This document shows positions 8,152 through 18,239 of a stretch of 64,000 nt of DNA, piece by piece; position 1 is the stretch's first letter, and every line of letters begins with the position of its first letter. Under the pieces are notes generated by a model. That model was not told where the DNA came from and searched no databases. It saw only the letters and a list, made by a program, of their open reading frames with translations. The position numbers were made by a program, and so were the translations under genes. Origin of the DNA: Thermoplasmata archaeon (GTDB lineage Archaea; Thermoplasmatota; Thermoplasmata; Lutacidiplasmatales; UBA184); NCBI GenBank assembly GCA_028864975.1, contig JAGWLG010000003.1:86150-150149 (forward strand), written 5' to 3'.

Positions 8152-9417
8152 ATGAAAGTCCTCATCACGGGGGTCGACGGGTATTCCGGATGGCCGCTTG
8201 CGCTGCACCTGCTCCAGCGGGGCCACGAGGTCGTCGGGCTCGACAACTTCGTGACGCGCCAGCGCGTGGCCGAGGTCGGGAGCTGGTCGGCCACCCCGGT
8301 CCTCGACATGCACGAGAGGATCGCGGCGCTCCAGTCGCACGGGGTCCAGGGGTTCCGGTTCTACGAGGGGGACCTGTGCGATTTCACCACGGTGAAGAAG
8401 ACCCTGCACAAGGAGAAGCCCGAGGTCATCGTCCATCTCGGGGAGCAGCGCAGCGCGCCCTACTCGATGATCGACGTCCACCACGCGGTGGCGACCCAGT
8501 GCCAGAACCTCACGTCGACCCTCCATATTGTCTATGCCATGCGGGACGAGTGCCCGAAGGCCCACCTCGTAAAGATGGGCACGATGGGCGAATACGGGAC
8601 GCCCAACCTCGACATCGCTGAGGGGTTCTTCGAGGTCGAGTTCCGCGGGAGGAAGGACCGTGTGCCGTTCCCCCGGCAGGCCTCGAGCTGGTACCACTGG
8701 TCGAAGGTCTTCGACACGGGGGACGTGATGCTCGCGAACAAGCTCTGGGGGCTCGCGACCACCGACGTCATGCAGGGCGTCATCTACGGGACCCGCACCC
8801 CCGAGATCACCCAGGACTGGCAGTTGACCCGCTTCGACTTCGACGAGGTCTGGGGGACCGCGCTCAACCGATTCTGCGTCCAGGCGGTCCTGGGGTTGCC
8901 GCTCACGCCCTACGGGAAGGGAGGGCAGAAGAGGGGGTTCATCGCGCTCGAGGACTCGATGCAGAGCCTGCGTCTCGCCGTCGAACACCCTGCGGACCCC
9001 GGGGAGTACCGGGTGTTCAACCAGTTCGACGAGGCCTACTCGGTGGGGGACCTCGCGAAGCTCGTGCTGAAGGTGGGGGAGAAGCTCGGGATCAAAGGGG
9101 AGATCCACAACTCCTACAACCCCCGGGTGGAGCTCGAGGAGCACTACTACCACCCGCTCCACGACAATCTGCTGAAGTTGGGCTACCAGCACCAGAGGAC
9201 GCTGGAGGAGGCTCTCGAGTGGATGCTCTCCGACCTCCAGCGCTTCCGCGCCCGTCTCGAAGAGAAGCGTGCGGTGGTCCTGCCGCGGATGGACTTCCGC
9301 GTGGGGGACAACAAGTCGCGCCTCCACATCGAGAAGGTGGCGAAGGAGGCGGTCGCGCTGCCCAAGGCGATGCGCAAGGTGCCGAGCAGCGGCTCGGCCT
9401 CGGTCTCCGAGGGGTAG
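8152..9417 (+). CDS. sqdB: UDP-sulfoquinovose synthase (SqdB/Agl3 family)
   Basis: GVDGYSGWPLALHL, HLGEQRSAPYSM, HLVKMGTMGEYGTPN, YHWSK, DVMQGVIYG and GTALNRFCVQA...PLTPYGKGGQKRGF are diagnostic of SQD1/SqdB/Agl3. Confidence 0.95.
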   Translation: MKVLITGVDGYSGWPLALHLLQRGHEVVGLDNFVTRQRVAEVGSWSATPVLDMHERIAALQSHGVQGFRFYEGDLCDFTTVKKTLHKEKPEVIVHLGEQRSAPYSMIDVHHAVATQCQNLTSTLHIVYAMRDECPKAHLVKMGTMGEYGTPNLDIAEGFFEVEFRGRKDRVPFPRQASSWYHWSKVFDTGDVMLANKLWGLATTDVMQGVIYGTRTPEITQDWQLTRFDFDEVWGTALNRFCVQAVLGLPLTPYGKGGQKRGFIALEDSMQSLRLAVEHPADPGEYRVFNQFDEAYSVGDLAKLVLKVGEKLGIKGEIHNSYNPRVELEEHYYHPLHDNLLKLGYQHQRTLEEALEWMLSDLQRFRARLEEKRAVVLPRMDFRVGDNKSRLHIEKVAKEAVALPKAMRKVPSSGSASVSEG

Positions 9418-9469
9418 CCTCGCGCTTCGTTCGATAAGGTCGAGAGCGAGATCGTGAAGGGGGTCTTCC

Positions 9470-10357
9470 GTGCGAGCGGTCATCACCATGGCCGGGGAGG
9501 GGACCCGGATGCTCCCCGCGACGCGGGGACTTCGCAAGGAGATGCTGCCCCTCTTCTACCGCGGGCGACAGGGGAACCCCACGCTCGCTCCGGTCGCCCA
9601 TCTCGTGGTGCGCACGCTCCACGCCGCCGGTGTGGACGACCTCACGGTCATCGTGGGCCCTGACCAGGAGGCGGTCGTTCGGTACTTCCAACCGGACGAC
9701 GCGTTCATCGCCCGGCATCTCCACCACCCCGAGCGCCTCGTGGAGACCCTCGCGCTCCACCACCTGCTCTCCGAGGTCGACTTCCATTGGGTGACCCAGA
9801 GGTCGCCGAAGGGGTTCGGCGACGCTCTCCTCAAGGCCCGCGAACGGATCGGGGATCAACCGTTCGTCCTCCACGCCGCGGACGCGGTGCTCTGGGAACC
9901 CATCCCCGGGCGGCTCATCCGCGCCATGGAGGAGCTGCGACGCCGGGAGGGAGCGAGCGTCGTCCTGCTCGTCCGCAAGGTCCCCGAGCCGCGCAACTAC
10001 GGGGTCGTGGAAGGAGACCTCGCCGGGCGGATCGACGGGACCCGCTTCCTGCGCGTCACGGGGATGGAGGAGAAGCCGGAGCGGCCAAAGACGTCCTGGG
10101 CCGCGACCGCGGTCTACGCGTTCGGTTCGGGCGTGTTCGACGCTTTGGAGGCGGAGCGGCGGCGCAACCCCTCCGAGCTCGAGGTGACCTCGGCCATTGC
10201 ACGGCGAATCCACGAGGGGGAGAAGGTCTTCGCGGCGATCCTTTCCCCCTCCGAGGGTCAGTGGCTCTCCGTGGGGTCGCCGGAAGGGTACTTGCGGGCG
10301 GTGAAGCGCACCTTCGCGCTCGCGAAGCGAGCGCCTTCGCGCCTGCGCCCCTCCTAG
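9470..10357 (+). CDS. UTP-glucose-1-phosphate uridylyltransferase-like nucleotidyltransferase (GalU family)
   Basis: MAGEGTRMLPAT...KEMLP, QRSPKGFGDA, NYGVV and MEEKP motifs. Confidence 0.85.
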   Translation: MRAVITMAGEGTRMLPATRGLRKEMLPLFYRGRQGNPTLAPVAHLVVRTLHAAGVDDLTVIVGPDQEAVVRYFQPDDAFIARHLHHPERLVETLALHHLLSEVDFHWVTQRSPKGFGDALLKARERIGDQPFVLHAADAVLWEPIPGRLIRAMEELRRREGASVVLLVRKVPEPRNYGVVEGDLAGRIDGTRFLRVTGMEEKPERPKTSWAATAVYAFGSGVFDALEAERRRNPSELEVTSAIARRIHEGEKVFAAILSPSEGQWLSVGSPEGYLRAVKRTFALAKRAPSRLRPS

Positions 10358-10452
10358 CTGAGGGGACGTGCGCGGGGTCGTCCTCCGCGGAGCACGGATG
10401 GGGGCGGCGGCTTAATGCGGTGGCGTGAGTATTTTTTGGGGACGAGGGGGCG

Positions 10453-11211
10453 TTGGCGTCGGAGGTTCCCACCAAGAAGACGAAGGGGTCTCCGGAGGAG
10501 GGCCCTTCCCCCGCGTCGAACGACCTTGACGTCCTCGATGACCTTCTCGACCAACTGAGCGAGGTGCCGGCCGCTCCGGCCTCGGAAGGGACCGGTAGCT
10601 CGGAGCCGACGGCCGAGGCGCCCGCCGATCCGTCCGTGGCTCCCCCGCCTTCAGAGTCCCCCGGTGCTGCTGCCGAGGCCCTGCCTCCCGCGGTCGACCC
10701 GCGGGTCGAGGAGCTGAGCCGTGCGATGGACCTCGCGCGGGCCGAGGCCACCTCGTTGCGGGCCGCGCTCGCGTCGCAGCAGAACGTCGAGACCGAGCTC
10801 CGCAAAGAGCTCACCGAGGTCCGCTCCGCGCTGTCGCTCGCGCAGGAGAAGCTCGGAGCAGCGGCCGGGAAGTTCCTCCCTGCGGTCCCGGTCGCGTTCC
10901 TTTCAAAGGACGGGAAGAAGATCGACCGGCGGGCCTTCTATGCGCTAGGTCGGGGGGAGGCCCTCGAGCTCTTCCTCTCGGGGCTCTTCGCCGATTGGAC
11001 GAGCGGGGGGCTCCGTCTCGTTCCGACCTTCGACCGCGGGACGCTCACCCTCACGCTGGAGCGCGACCCCGAGGGGAGGTTCCTCCGGCTCCTGCCTTCG
11101 GGGGTCTTCCTGGTCCGCCTGAGCGCCGAGGAGCTCGAGAGGGTGGGTGTGCTCCCCTCCCTGGTCCGCGTCCGCAAGGGCGCCGCTCCTGAAGGCGTCC
11201 CCTCGAGCTGA
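10453..11211 (+). CDS. Hypothetical protein with acidic/Pro-rich N-terminus and coiled coil
   Basis: Fills the gap between co-oriented genes; heptad-rich central segment; TTG start uncertain. Confidence 0.65.
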   Translation: MASEVPTKKTKGSPEEGPSPASNDLDVLDDLLDQLSEVPAAPASEGTGSSEPTAEAPADPSVAPPPSESPGAAAEALPPAVDPRVEELSRAMDLARAEATSLRAALASQQNVETELRKELTEVRSALSLAQEKLGAAAGKFLPAVPVAFLSKDGKKIDRRAFYALGRGEALELFLSGLFADWTSGGLRLVPTFDRGTLTLTLERDPEGRFLRLLPSGVFLVRLSAEELERVGVLPSLVRVRKGAAPEGVPSS

Positions 11212-11347
11212 GGGCGGAGGGAGCGGGGCGAATCGCGCCCGCGCCCTCCCCGGTCGGGGGGGTCTGCCCGCGAGCTGGAAAGGAATGGACCGTGGGCATC
11301 GGCGGGTCAAGTCTACCGAACGGAAGGTCGAGATGCTGGGCGGGTGA

Positions 11348-12163
11348 ATGGAGGTCCTCGTGCCTCCTTCTCCCTCTCCCTCGGGGACGTCAACGGCCCC
11401 CGCCGCGAGCGGGCCCCCCTCCGACCCGCCCGCCCTCGTTCTGCCCGGTAGCCCCATCCAACAGGTGTGGGCGGAGGCCCATCCGAAGCCCACGCTCCTC
11501 TCCGACTTCATCCTGGGTAGTCAGGACGGCATCGTCAACGTCCTGGGCATCATCTTGGGGCTGGTCGCCGCCCACACGGCGGCGAAGATTGTGCTCATCG
11601 CGGCATTGGCCGCCCTCGGTGCCGAGTCCATCGCGATGGCGGCGGTGGCGTACACCTCCACACGATCGCGTCGCCGGCTCTACCTCGGGGAGGTCCAGCG
11701 AGAGCTCCAGGAGATGCGGACCGTGCCCCACCTCGAACGAAAGGAGGTCGCTGATGTGCTGCAACAGTGGGGCTACGAGGGCGCCGAACTCTCCGATCTC
11801 TTGGACCGCATCTGCCGAAATCCCCGGGCCTGGCTGGACTTCATGATGGCCTTCGAGCTTAAGCTGCGACCCGTCGAGGGGGACGAGCCTCGCAAGAGCG
11901 CTTACGTCGTAGGAGCTTCGACGATCGTCGGACACCTGGTTCCGCTCACTCCCTTCTTCTTCGTCGGAAGCGACCTCCTCTTGGGGGCGGCGCTCGCGGT
12001 GGGGCTCAGCACGGTTGCGCTCTTCGGCACGGGGTGGTACGAGGCGAAGGTCTCGGTGGGTCGGTGGTGGCAGAACGGATTGCAGATGGTCCTGATCGGG
12101 CTCGGCGGAGGGGTCGCGGGTTACGCGATCGGCTACGCGATTCAAGCCGCACCTTGGACCTGA
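11348..12163 (+). CDS. VIT1/CCC1 family iron/manganese transporter
   Basis: LSDFILGSQDGIV, GAESIAMAAVAY, Glu-rich cytoplasmic domain (ERKEV...MMAFEL) and C-terminal TM helices. Confidence 0.9.
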   Translation: MEVLVPPSPSPSGTSTAPAASGPPSDPPALVLPGSPIQQVWAEAHPKPTLLSDFILGSQDGIVNVLGIILGLVAAHTAAKIVLIAALAALGAESIAMAAVAYTSTRSRRRLYLGEVQRELQEMRTVPHLERKEVADVLQQWGYEGAELSDLLDRICRNPRAWLDFMMAFELKLRPVEGDEPRKSAYVVGASTIVGHLVPLTPFFFVGSDLLLGAALAVGLSTVALFGTGWYEAKVSVGRWWQNGLQMVLIGLGGGVAGYAIGYAIQAAPWT

Positions 12164-12251
12164 GCGAGGGCCCCCAGGGGCCCCCGCGGCGCCCTCGTGG
12201 GGTGCAGCAGGCCCGTGTGGTACCTTAAGTGAAGGTCGCCGTGGCCGCCTC

Positions 12252-13058
12252 GTGGTCGCCTCGGGGAAGCCGGGGGTCATCGGTGCCCGCCTCTTGGACG
12301 GGGTCGGCTGGATCCGGGGACCCGTCGCGAACTCCTACGTCCTGCGGGAAGGCGGACACACCTATCTCCTCGACGCGGGGTTCCGCGACAATGCCTCGCC
12401 CGTCCGTCTCGCCTTCCGCCGCGCGGGGGTTCCGCTCTCCGAGCTCACCGACATCCTGCTCACGCACCAGCACCCCGACCACATGGGCGGGGCGGCGATC
12501 CTTCGATGGATGACCTCGGCCAAGGTGGCCTGCCACGAGATGGACACACCGGCGGTGGAGGGGCGCGGGCCGCGTCTCTCCCCTCTCTTGGTCCGCATCC
12601 TTTTCTCGAAGCACCCCGTCCAGGTCGACCGTGTCCTCAAGGACGGGGACCGGATCGGTCCCTTCCGCGCCGTGGGCGCCCCGGGACACACCCTGGGAAG
12701 CGTCGCGTTCTACCACGAGGAGCGGAAGATCCTCTTCAGCGGCGACGCCGCGGTCACGTCGCCTCGCGGGGTCTCTCTCGCCGCGCCCTTCTCGAACTTC
12801 GACCGCGACACCGCGATCGACTCGCTGGAGCGGCTCTCGACGCTCGAAGTGACCTCGCTCTTCGCCGGGCACGGGCGCCCGATCGTCGCCAACGCGGGAC
12901 CGCTCCTGAAGGAAGCCGCGAAGCGGGCCATGAAGCGGCCCGTCCACACCTGGTGGACCCTCGCGGGACCTGAAGGGCTTGCCGAGAGCCATCCGCGACC
13001 CGAGGACATCGTGCCCGAGCTCGTTCGCGCGGGCGACGCGCCGAGAAGCAGTTCTTAA
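12252..13058 (+). CDS. MBL-fold metallo-hydrolase
   Basis: LLDAG, THQHPDHMGG (HxHxDH), PGHTLG and FSGD motifs. Confidence 0.9.
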   Translation: MVASGKPGVIGARLLDGVGWIRGPVANSYVLREGGHTYLLDAGFRDNASPVRLAFRRAGVPLSELTDILLTHQHPDHMGGAAILRWMTSAKVACHEMDTPAVEGRGPRLSPLLVRILFSKHPVQVDRVLKDGDRIGPFRAVGAPGHTLGSVAFYHEERKILFSGDAAVTSPRGVSLAAPFSNFDRDTAIDSLERLSTLEVTSLFAGHGRPIVANAGPLLKEAAKRAMKRPVHTWWTLAGPEGLAESHPRPEDIVPELVRAGDAPRSSS

Positions 13059-13149
13059 TCCTTTCGACTCACATTCAAGAGAGGCGTGCCCTCTCGGGCC
13101 CCTTTGAAGGACCTCTCGCGCGGAGGGGGGATCGGGGGAAGGAGAGCGG

Positions 13150-14238
13150 ATGAAACGCCAGATGGTCGACATGTTGGCCGACCTGATCAAGCTCTCGAGC
13201 GACCCCAACGCCGACAAGCACGAGATCCTGGATTACCTCCAGTCCTTCGCCGATTCCCTGAAGATGCGTTCGTCGGTCTACGGCGATCCTAGCGCCCCCG
13301 CGCTCCTCTCGGAGTACGGCCAGGGCGGCGTGGTCCTCGCAGGGCACCTGGACACCCCCCCTGTCGGCGACGGGTGGAGCTTCTCGCAGAGCCAGTTCAC
13401 CGCGGGACGGATGTACGGACGGGGCGCGGCCGACATGAAGGGGACCGTCGTGGCGATGCTCTCGGCGGTGAGCGACCTCGTCACGCGGAAGGTCCCTTGC
13501 GTCCTGGCGATCACGACCGATGAGGAGACCACGATGAACGGCGCGCAGGCGCTCTGCAAGACCCTCGCGCTTCGGAGGGCGAAGGCCGTCGTGGTCGGGG
13601 AGCCGACAGGTCTTCGGACGGGCTACGCCGAGAAGGGGGTCCTCGACCTCTCCATCGAGACCCGCGGGCGCTCCGCCCACGGAGCGATGCCCCAGCTCGG
13701 GGAGAACGCGGTCGTGAAGCTGATGCGCCTCCTTCGAGCGTTGGAGACGTTCCGCGGAAGGGTCGCGCACCCGGAGCTCGGGACGGTCACGGTCAACGTG
13801 GGGACGTTCCACGGCGGCAATCGCGTGAACGTGGTCCCCTCGCGCGCGAGCGCGGAGGTCGACATCCGCTTCCCGCCCCCCTACACTCCCGACGAGCTGC
13901 AGCGGGAGGTGGAGGAGCACCTGAAGCGGATCAAGACCCCCTTCACGCTCCGAAGGCTCGTGAGCCTTCCCTCGCTCCAGGCCGACCCGCAGAGCGAACA
14001 CATTCGGATCTTCAAGGAGGTCTCGGGGAGCGAACTGGCCGTCCTGGTGCACGCCTCCGAGGCCGTGCACTACGTTACCGTGAATCCCCGTGTCGTCATC
14101 TACGGAGCGGGGGACGAGGACCTGTCGCACCAGGCCAACGAGTACGTCAAGATGGAAGCGGTCGTCCGCGCGGCGGAGTCCTACAAGAAGTTCGCCCAGC
14201 GGATGGCCTCCATGCGTTCTCCCGCCGGGAAGGGGTAG
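13150..14238 (+). CDS. M20 family metallopeptidase (ArgE/DapE-like)
   Basis: GHLDT, GRGAADMKG, TDEE, GEPT, AHGAMP and C-terminal HQANE. Confidence 0.9.
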   Translation: MKRQMVDMLADLIKLSSDPNADKHEILDYLQSFADSLKMRSSVYGDPSAPALLSEYGQGGVVLAGHLDTPPVGDGWSFSQSQFTAGRMYGRGAADMKGTVVAMLSAVSDLVTRKVPCVLAITTDEETTMNGAQALCKTLALRRAKAVVVGEPTGLRTGYAEKGVLDLSIETRGRSAHGAMPQLGENAVVKLMRLLRALETFRGRVAHPELGTVTVNVGTFHGGNRVNVVPSRASAEVDIRFPPPYTPDELQREVEEHLKRIKTPFTLRRLVSLPSLQADPQSEHIRIFKEVSGSELAVLVHASEAVHYVTVNPRVVIYGAGDEDLSHQANEYVKMEAVVRAAESYKKFAQRMASMRSPAGKG

Positions 14239-14320
14239 CGCCCCCCGCACCGCGGGGCAGAGCAGGAGGGGGCAAGTGGCCGGGCCTTCCGCCCCCCCCT
14301 TCCCTCGGGGCCTTCCCTCC

Positions 14321-15544
14321 GTGCTCCAGGGCACCCGGGTGCTGCACGTTCCCACCCGCTATCCCCCGGCCCCCGGTGGGGTCGAACGACACGTGAGGGA
14401 GGTGGCCCTGCGCCAGCGCGCGAGGGGGCTCGACGCCCGGGTGCTCACGAGCGACCTCTACACCGAGATCCCGTGGCGCCGGCTCGGCTCCGAACCCGGG
14501 GCCAGGGGCCCCGCCCGCGAAGGGATCCCTGTCGCGCGACGGCGCGCCTACGCCCTGGGCGGGGACCTCCACTACCCCTTCCTGCCGGGGCTGTACTTCG
14601 AGGTGCGGCGGCAGGCCCCCTCCATCCTCCATGTCCACACGTACGGCACGTACCAAGGGTTCAGCGGGCTCGCGTGGGCGCGCCTGAACCGCCGCCCGTT
14701 CGTCATGACCGCCCACTTTCACCCCACGTGGTCGATCTGGGGGGGCGCGCGCAGGAAGGAGCTCCGAGGGTTCTACGACCGACACCTCGCCTCGCATGTT
14801 CTCCGCGCCGTTTCTCGCCTCATCCTCCAGAGCCGGGAGGAAGAGGCCTTGCTGCGGGAAGTCGTCCCTGACCTTCCCCCGGTCTCGTTCGTCCCTCCTG
14901 GCTACACTCCCCTTCCCCCGCCTAGCACCGAGGGCGGGGGTTTTCGGGGAGCGTTCGGGATACGCGGACCCTTCCTCCTCTTCACCGGCCGCCTCGCGTC
15001 GAACAAGGGGATCCCCCTCTTGCTCGACGCCTTCGGTGCGTTGGCGCCCCGCCATCCGGAGCTGGAGCTCGTCCTTTTGGGAGAGGACGGTGGCGAGGGG
15101 GCCGCGACGAGGTCGAAGGCGGAGAAGCTCTCGCTCGCCTCGCGCGTGCACATGACCGGGTTCGTCAAGGACGAGTCGCTCCTCGCGAGCGCCTATGCCC
15201 AGGCCGAGGCGTTCGTCCTGCCCTCCGAGTACGAGGCGTTCGGACTGGTCCTTCTGGAGGCGATGGCCCAAGGGACCCCTGTGGTTGCGACGCGCGTGGG
15301 GGGCATCCCTTCTCTGGTCGACGACGGCAAGAATGGTCGGCTGGTCCCCTATGGGGACGCGAGCGCGCTCGCCTCCACGCTCGAAGAGGTCCTCTCGGAC
15401 CGCGAACGCGCGAGGGTCATGGGACGATACGGAAGGGAGCGGACGGTCCCCGAACACTCCTGGGAACGCACGGTGGAGGGCCTCGAGAAGGTCTACGCCG
15501 AGGTGCTCGAAGAGCGGCCGTCGCGGGGAGGACGTGGGGCATGA
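14321..15544 (+). CDS. Glycosyltransferase family 4
   Basis: GGVERHV N-terminus; GRLASNKG; PSEYEAFGLVLLEAMAQGTPVV (E-x7-E). Confidence 0.92.
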   Translation: MLQGTRVLHVPTRYPPAPGGVERHVREVALRQRARGLDARVLTSDLYTEIPWRRLGSEPGARGPAREGIPVARRRAYALGGDLHYPFLPGLYFEVRRQAPSILHVHTYGTYQGFSGLAWARLNRRPFVMTAHFHPTWSIWGGARRKELRGFYDRHLASHVLRAVSRLILQSREEEALLREVVPDLPPVSFVPPGYTPLPPPSTEGGGFRGAFGIRGPFLLFTGRLASNKGIPLLLDAFGALAPRHPELELVLLGEDGGEGAATRSKAEKLSLASRVHMTGFVKDESLLASAYAQAEAFVLPSEYEAFGLVLLEAMAQGTPVVATRVGGIPSLVDDGKNGRLVPYGDASALASTLEEVLSDRERARVMGRYGRERTVPEHSWERTVEGLEKVYAEVLEERPSRGGRGA

Positions 15545-16722
15545 GGGTGGCCCAGGTCCTGCTCCGGTACGATGCCCCGGGAGGCGTGGAGACCCATGTG
15601 CGGGAGCTCTCGCGCGCCCTGCGCTCCGCCGGGGACGAGGTCACGGTCTACGCGAGCGACCTCTACTCCGAACAGGGGTGGAAGCGCATTGAGGTCCCTT
15701 CGACGGAGCTCGACGGGATCCCGGTCCGACGGTTCCCCGCGGTCCGACGGCTCGTCCCCGGGCTGACGTTGCCGTTGCTCCCCGGGCTGGTGCGTGCGCT
15801 CGACGAGGACCGCCCGGAGGTCATCCACGCCCACTCGCATCGCTACGGGCACGTGCTCGAGTCCGCGCTCGTCGCTCGGGCCCGGCATCTTCCGCTCATC
15901 GTCGGGACGCACTATCACCCGGCGGACCCTTGGGAGCCGCCGTGGAAGAAGGGGATGCTTCGGGGGCAGGACCATCTCTTCGGGATGACCGCCTACCGCA
16001 CGGCCCGCGCCCTCGTGGTCGAGACCGAGCACGAGGCGGTGCAGGTGCGCGAGTTCGCGCCCCCCGAGAAGGTTCGCGTCGTCCCCCCCGGGATCGACCT
16101 CGCGTCATGGTCCTCGCTCCCGACGCCCAGAGAGGCACGGCGCCTCCTGGGGCTCGACGAGCCCTACGTGCTGTACGCGGGCCGCCTCGCTCCCAACAAG
16201 GGGCTGCGCTTCCTCCTGGAGGCCTGGGCGGGGCTCCCCGCGAAGGAGCGCCCCCCCTGGGTCGTGGTGGGCGAGGACTGGGGGATGCGATCGACCCTCG
16301 AGGAGCGGGCGCGCGCCCTGGGGGTCGCGGGCGAGATCAAGTTCCTGGGCAACCTCGCGGAGCCCGAGCGCTACCGCGCGGCCTTCGCCGGGGCGATGGC
16401 CTTCGTGCTTCCGTCCGAGTACGAGGCGTTCGGCCTCGTGCTCCTAGAGGCCATGGCGGCCCGGCTCCCCGTGGTCGCCACCTCGGTGGGGGGCGTTCCG
16501 GAGGTCGTGGAGGAGGGGCGGACGGCGCTCCTGGTCCCATCGGCGAACGTCGAGGCGCTGCGCGGCGCCCTTCGGACGCTGCTCGGCGATCCAGGACGGG
16601 CCCGAGCGATGGGCGAGGACGGGCGGCGGCGCGTCGAGGAGCGCTTCTCCTGGACGACGACGGCCGAGCGGATACGCGCTATCTACCGCGGGGCGCGGGG
16701 GGAAGCTCGGGCTTCGGGATGA
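15541..16722 (+). CDS. Glycosyltransferase family 4 (paralog of the upstream gene)
   Basis: GGVETHV; GRLAPNKG; PSEYEAFGLVLLEAMA; ATGA overlap with the upstream GT4. Confidence 0.92.
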   Translation: MRVAQVLLRYDAPGGVETHVRELSRALRSAGDEVTVYASDLYSEQGWKRIEVPSTELDGIPVRRFPAVRRLVPGLTLPLLPGLVRALDEDRPEVIHAHSHRYGHVLESALVARARHLPLIVGTHYHPADPWEPPWKKGMLRGQDHLFGMTAYRTARALVVETEHEAVQVREFAPPEKVRVVPPGIDLASWSSLPTPREARRLLGLDEPYVLYAGRLAPNKGLRFLLEAWAGLPAKERPPWVVVGEDWGMRSTLEERARALGVAGEIKFLGNLAEPERYRAAFAGAMAFVLPSEYEAFGLVLLEAMAARLPVVATSVGGVPEVVEEGRTALLVPSANVEALRGALRTLLGDPGRARAMGEDGRRRVEERFSWTTTAERIRAIYRGARGEARASG

Positions 16723-16901
16723 GCCGGGGAGCGGGACCGGGAGGGGGACGCGTCGGCGTCGAGGTCCTGGATCTCCTGGGCGAGCCCCTCGAGCGCTCGG
16801 CGGGCCTCGGAGGTCTTGTGGAACCGCGCGGCCACGGAGAGGAGGAGGGCGAGAAGCGAGAACCGCATGGGGGTGACCTGGGGGGGTGGGATCGTGGAGC
16901 G

Positions 16902-18086
16902 CTACGCGGTCCCCGCGACGCGCTCGGGCCGCCGACCGTTCGATTCCTCCTCGCCGAAGGTCCTGAGGATCGTCATGGCCTTGCGGATGTTCTCCCGGGA
17001 GTTCGCGAAGGAGAAACGCAGGTGGGATTCTCCGAGCGAGCCGAACGCCTCGCCGTGGGTGCACCGCAGCCCTCGCTGGAGGAGGGTCTGGGCCGCCTCG
17101 AGGGAGGGCATCCCCCAAGTATAGCTCGGGAAGGCGTAGAAGGCCCCCTCGGGCTTGACGCAGTGCATGCCCGGGACCGAGTTCAGGCCGCGGACGATGA
17201 GGTCGCGGCGCGCGCGGAACTCCTTGGCCATCGCCGCGATCTCGTCGCGGGCGTCGGTCAGGCCGCGCAGGGCGGCCACCTGGCAGGGCGTGGAAGGGCA
17301 GGCCACCATGTGGTAGTGGATCTTATTCGCTTCGACGGCCACCTCTGCCGAGGCGACGAGGTACCCCAGGCGCCAGCCCGTCATGGCTAGGATCTTGGAG
17401 AAGGAGTTCACGACGACGACACGGTCGTAGCGCCCCCAGAAGCTCCGGTGGCCGCCCGGGGTGTAGACGATCTCGTCGTAGACCTCGTCCGAGAGGATGG
17501 TGAGGTCGTGCTCCTGCGCGAAGGAGACGATGCCGTCGATCGACCTGGGGGTGAAGACCCCTCCTGTCGGATTCGAGGGGGAGTTCACGACGATGGCCCG
17601 GGTCCGGTCGGTGACGATCTCCTCGAGCTCGTCGAGGTCGGGCTGGAAGCCGTTCTCCTCCCGTAGGGAGTAGGGTACTGGGACGGCGTCCGCCATCCGG
17701 GCGTGGGGGCCGTAGAGAACGAAGCCGGGGTTCGGGATCAGGACCTCGTTCCCGGGGTCGTAGAGGGCGAGGGCCGCGGAGAGGAGGGCCTCGGTGCCCC
17801 CGCACGTGACGATGACGTTGTCCCTCGACGTGCGCGGGTCGTACCTGCGGTAGCGTTCAGCGAGAGCGTCCCTCAGCGCGGGGATACCGGCGGAGGGTCC
17901 GTACTTGTTGTGGGTCCCGCCGGTACGTACGGCCTCGAAGAGGGCCTCCTGCACCACACGCGGGGGGTTGAAGTCGGGTTCCCCCAGGCCTAGGTTGATC
18001 GAACCGGGGGGTGCCGGGGCGTCGAACATCTTCCGGATGCCCGACATCTCCAGGGAGCGAGCGCGGGTGGAGAGCTTCTGCTCCAT
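16902..18086 (-). CDS. PLP-dependent aminotransferase class I/II (aspartate aminotransferase-like)
   Basis: INLGLGEPDF, NSPSNPTG, SDEVYD, NSFSKILAMTGWRLG (PLP Lys) and PEGAFY. Confidence 0.93.
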   Translation of the reverse strand: MEQKLSTRARSLEMSGIRKMFDAPAPPGSINLGLGEPDFNPPRVVQEALFEAVRTGGTHNKYGPSAGIPALRDALAERYRRYDPRTSRDNVIVTCGGTEALLSAALALYDPGNEVLIPNPGFVLYGPHARMADAVPVPYSLREENGFQPDLDELEEIVTDRTRAIVVNSPSNPTGGVFTPRSIDGIVSFAQEHDLTILSDEVYDEIVYTPGGHRSFWGRYDRVVVVNSFSKILAMTGWRLGYLVASAEVAVEANKIHYHMVACPSTPCQVAALRGLTDARDEIAAMAKEFRARRDLIVRGLNSVPGMHCVKPEGAFYAFPSYTWGMPSLEAAQTLLQRGLRCTHGEAFGSLGESHLRFSFANSRENIRKAMTILRTFGEEESNGRRPERVAGTA

Positions 18087-18239
18087 GCAAACCCCCTCGA
18101 ACGCCCCCGCAAGCTCCGCGGGGGAGATAACGTCAGGGGGGGCGGCCGATCTTGGCCCTTTCGCACCTGGCGACGGCCTTTCATTTCGAGAGAACGGCGT
18201 GCAAACAGGTTTATCAACGGGGGGAGGTCCATTTCGACC

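Noticed and set aside
16683-16868. 61-aa ORF downstream of the aminotransferase
   Set aside because: Overlaps the GT4 3' end and has no motif; insufficient evidence.
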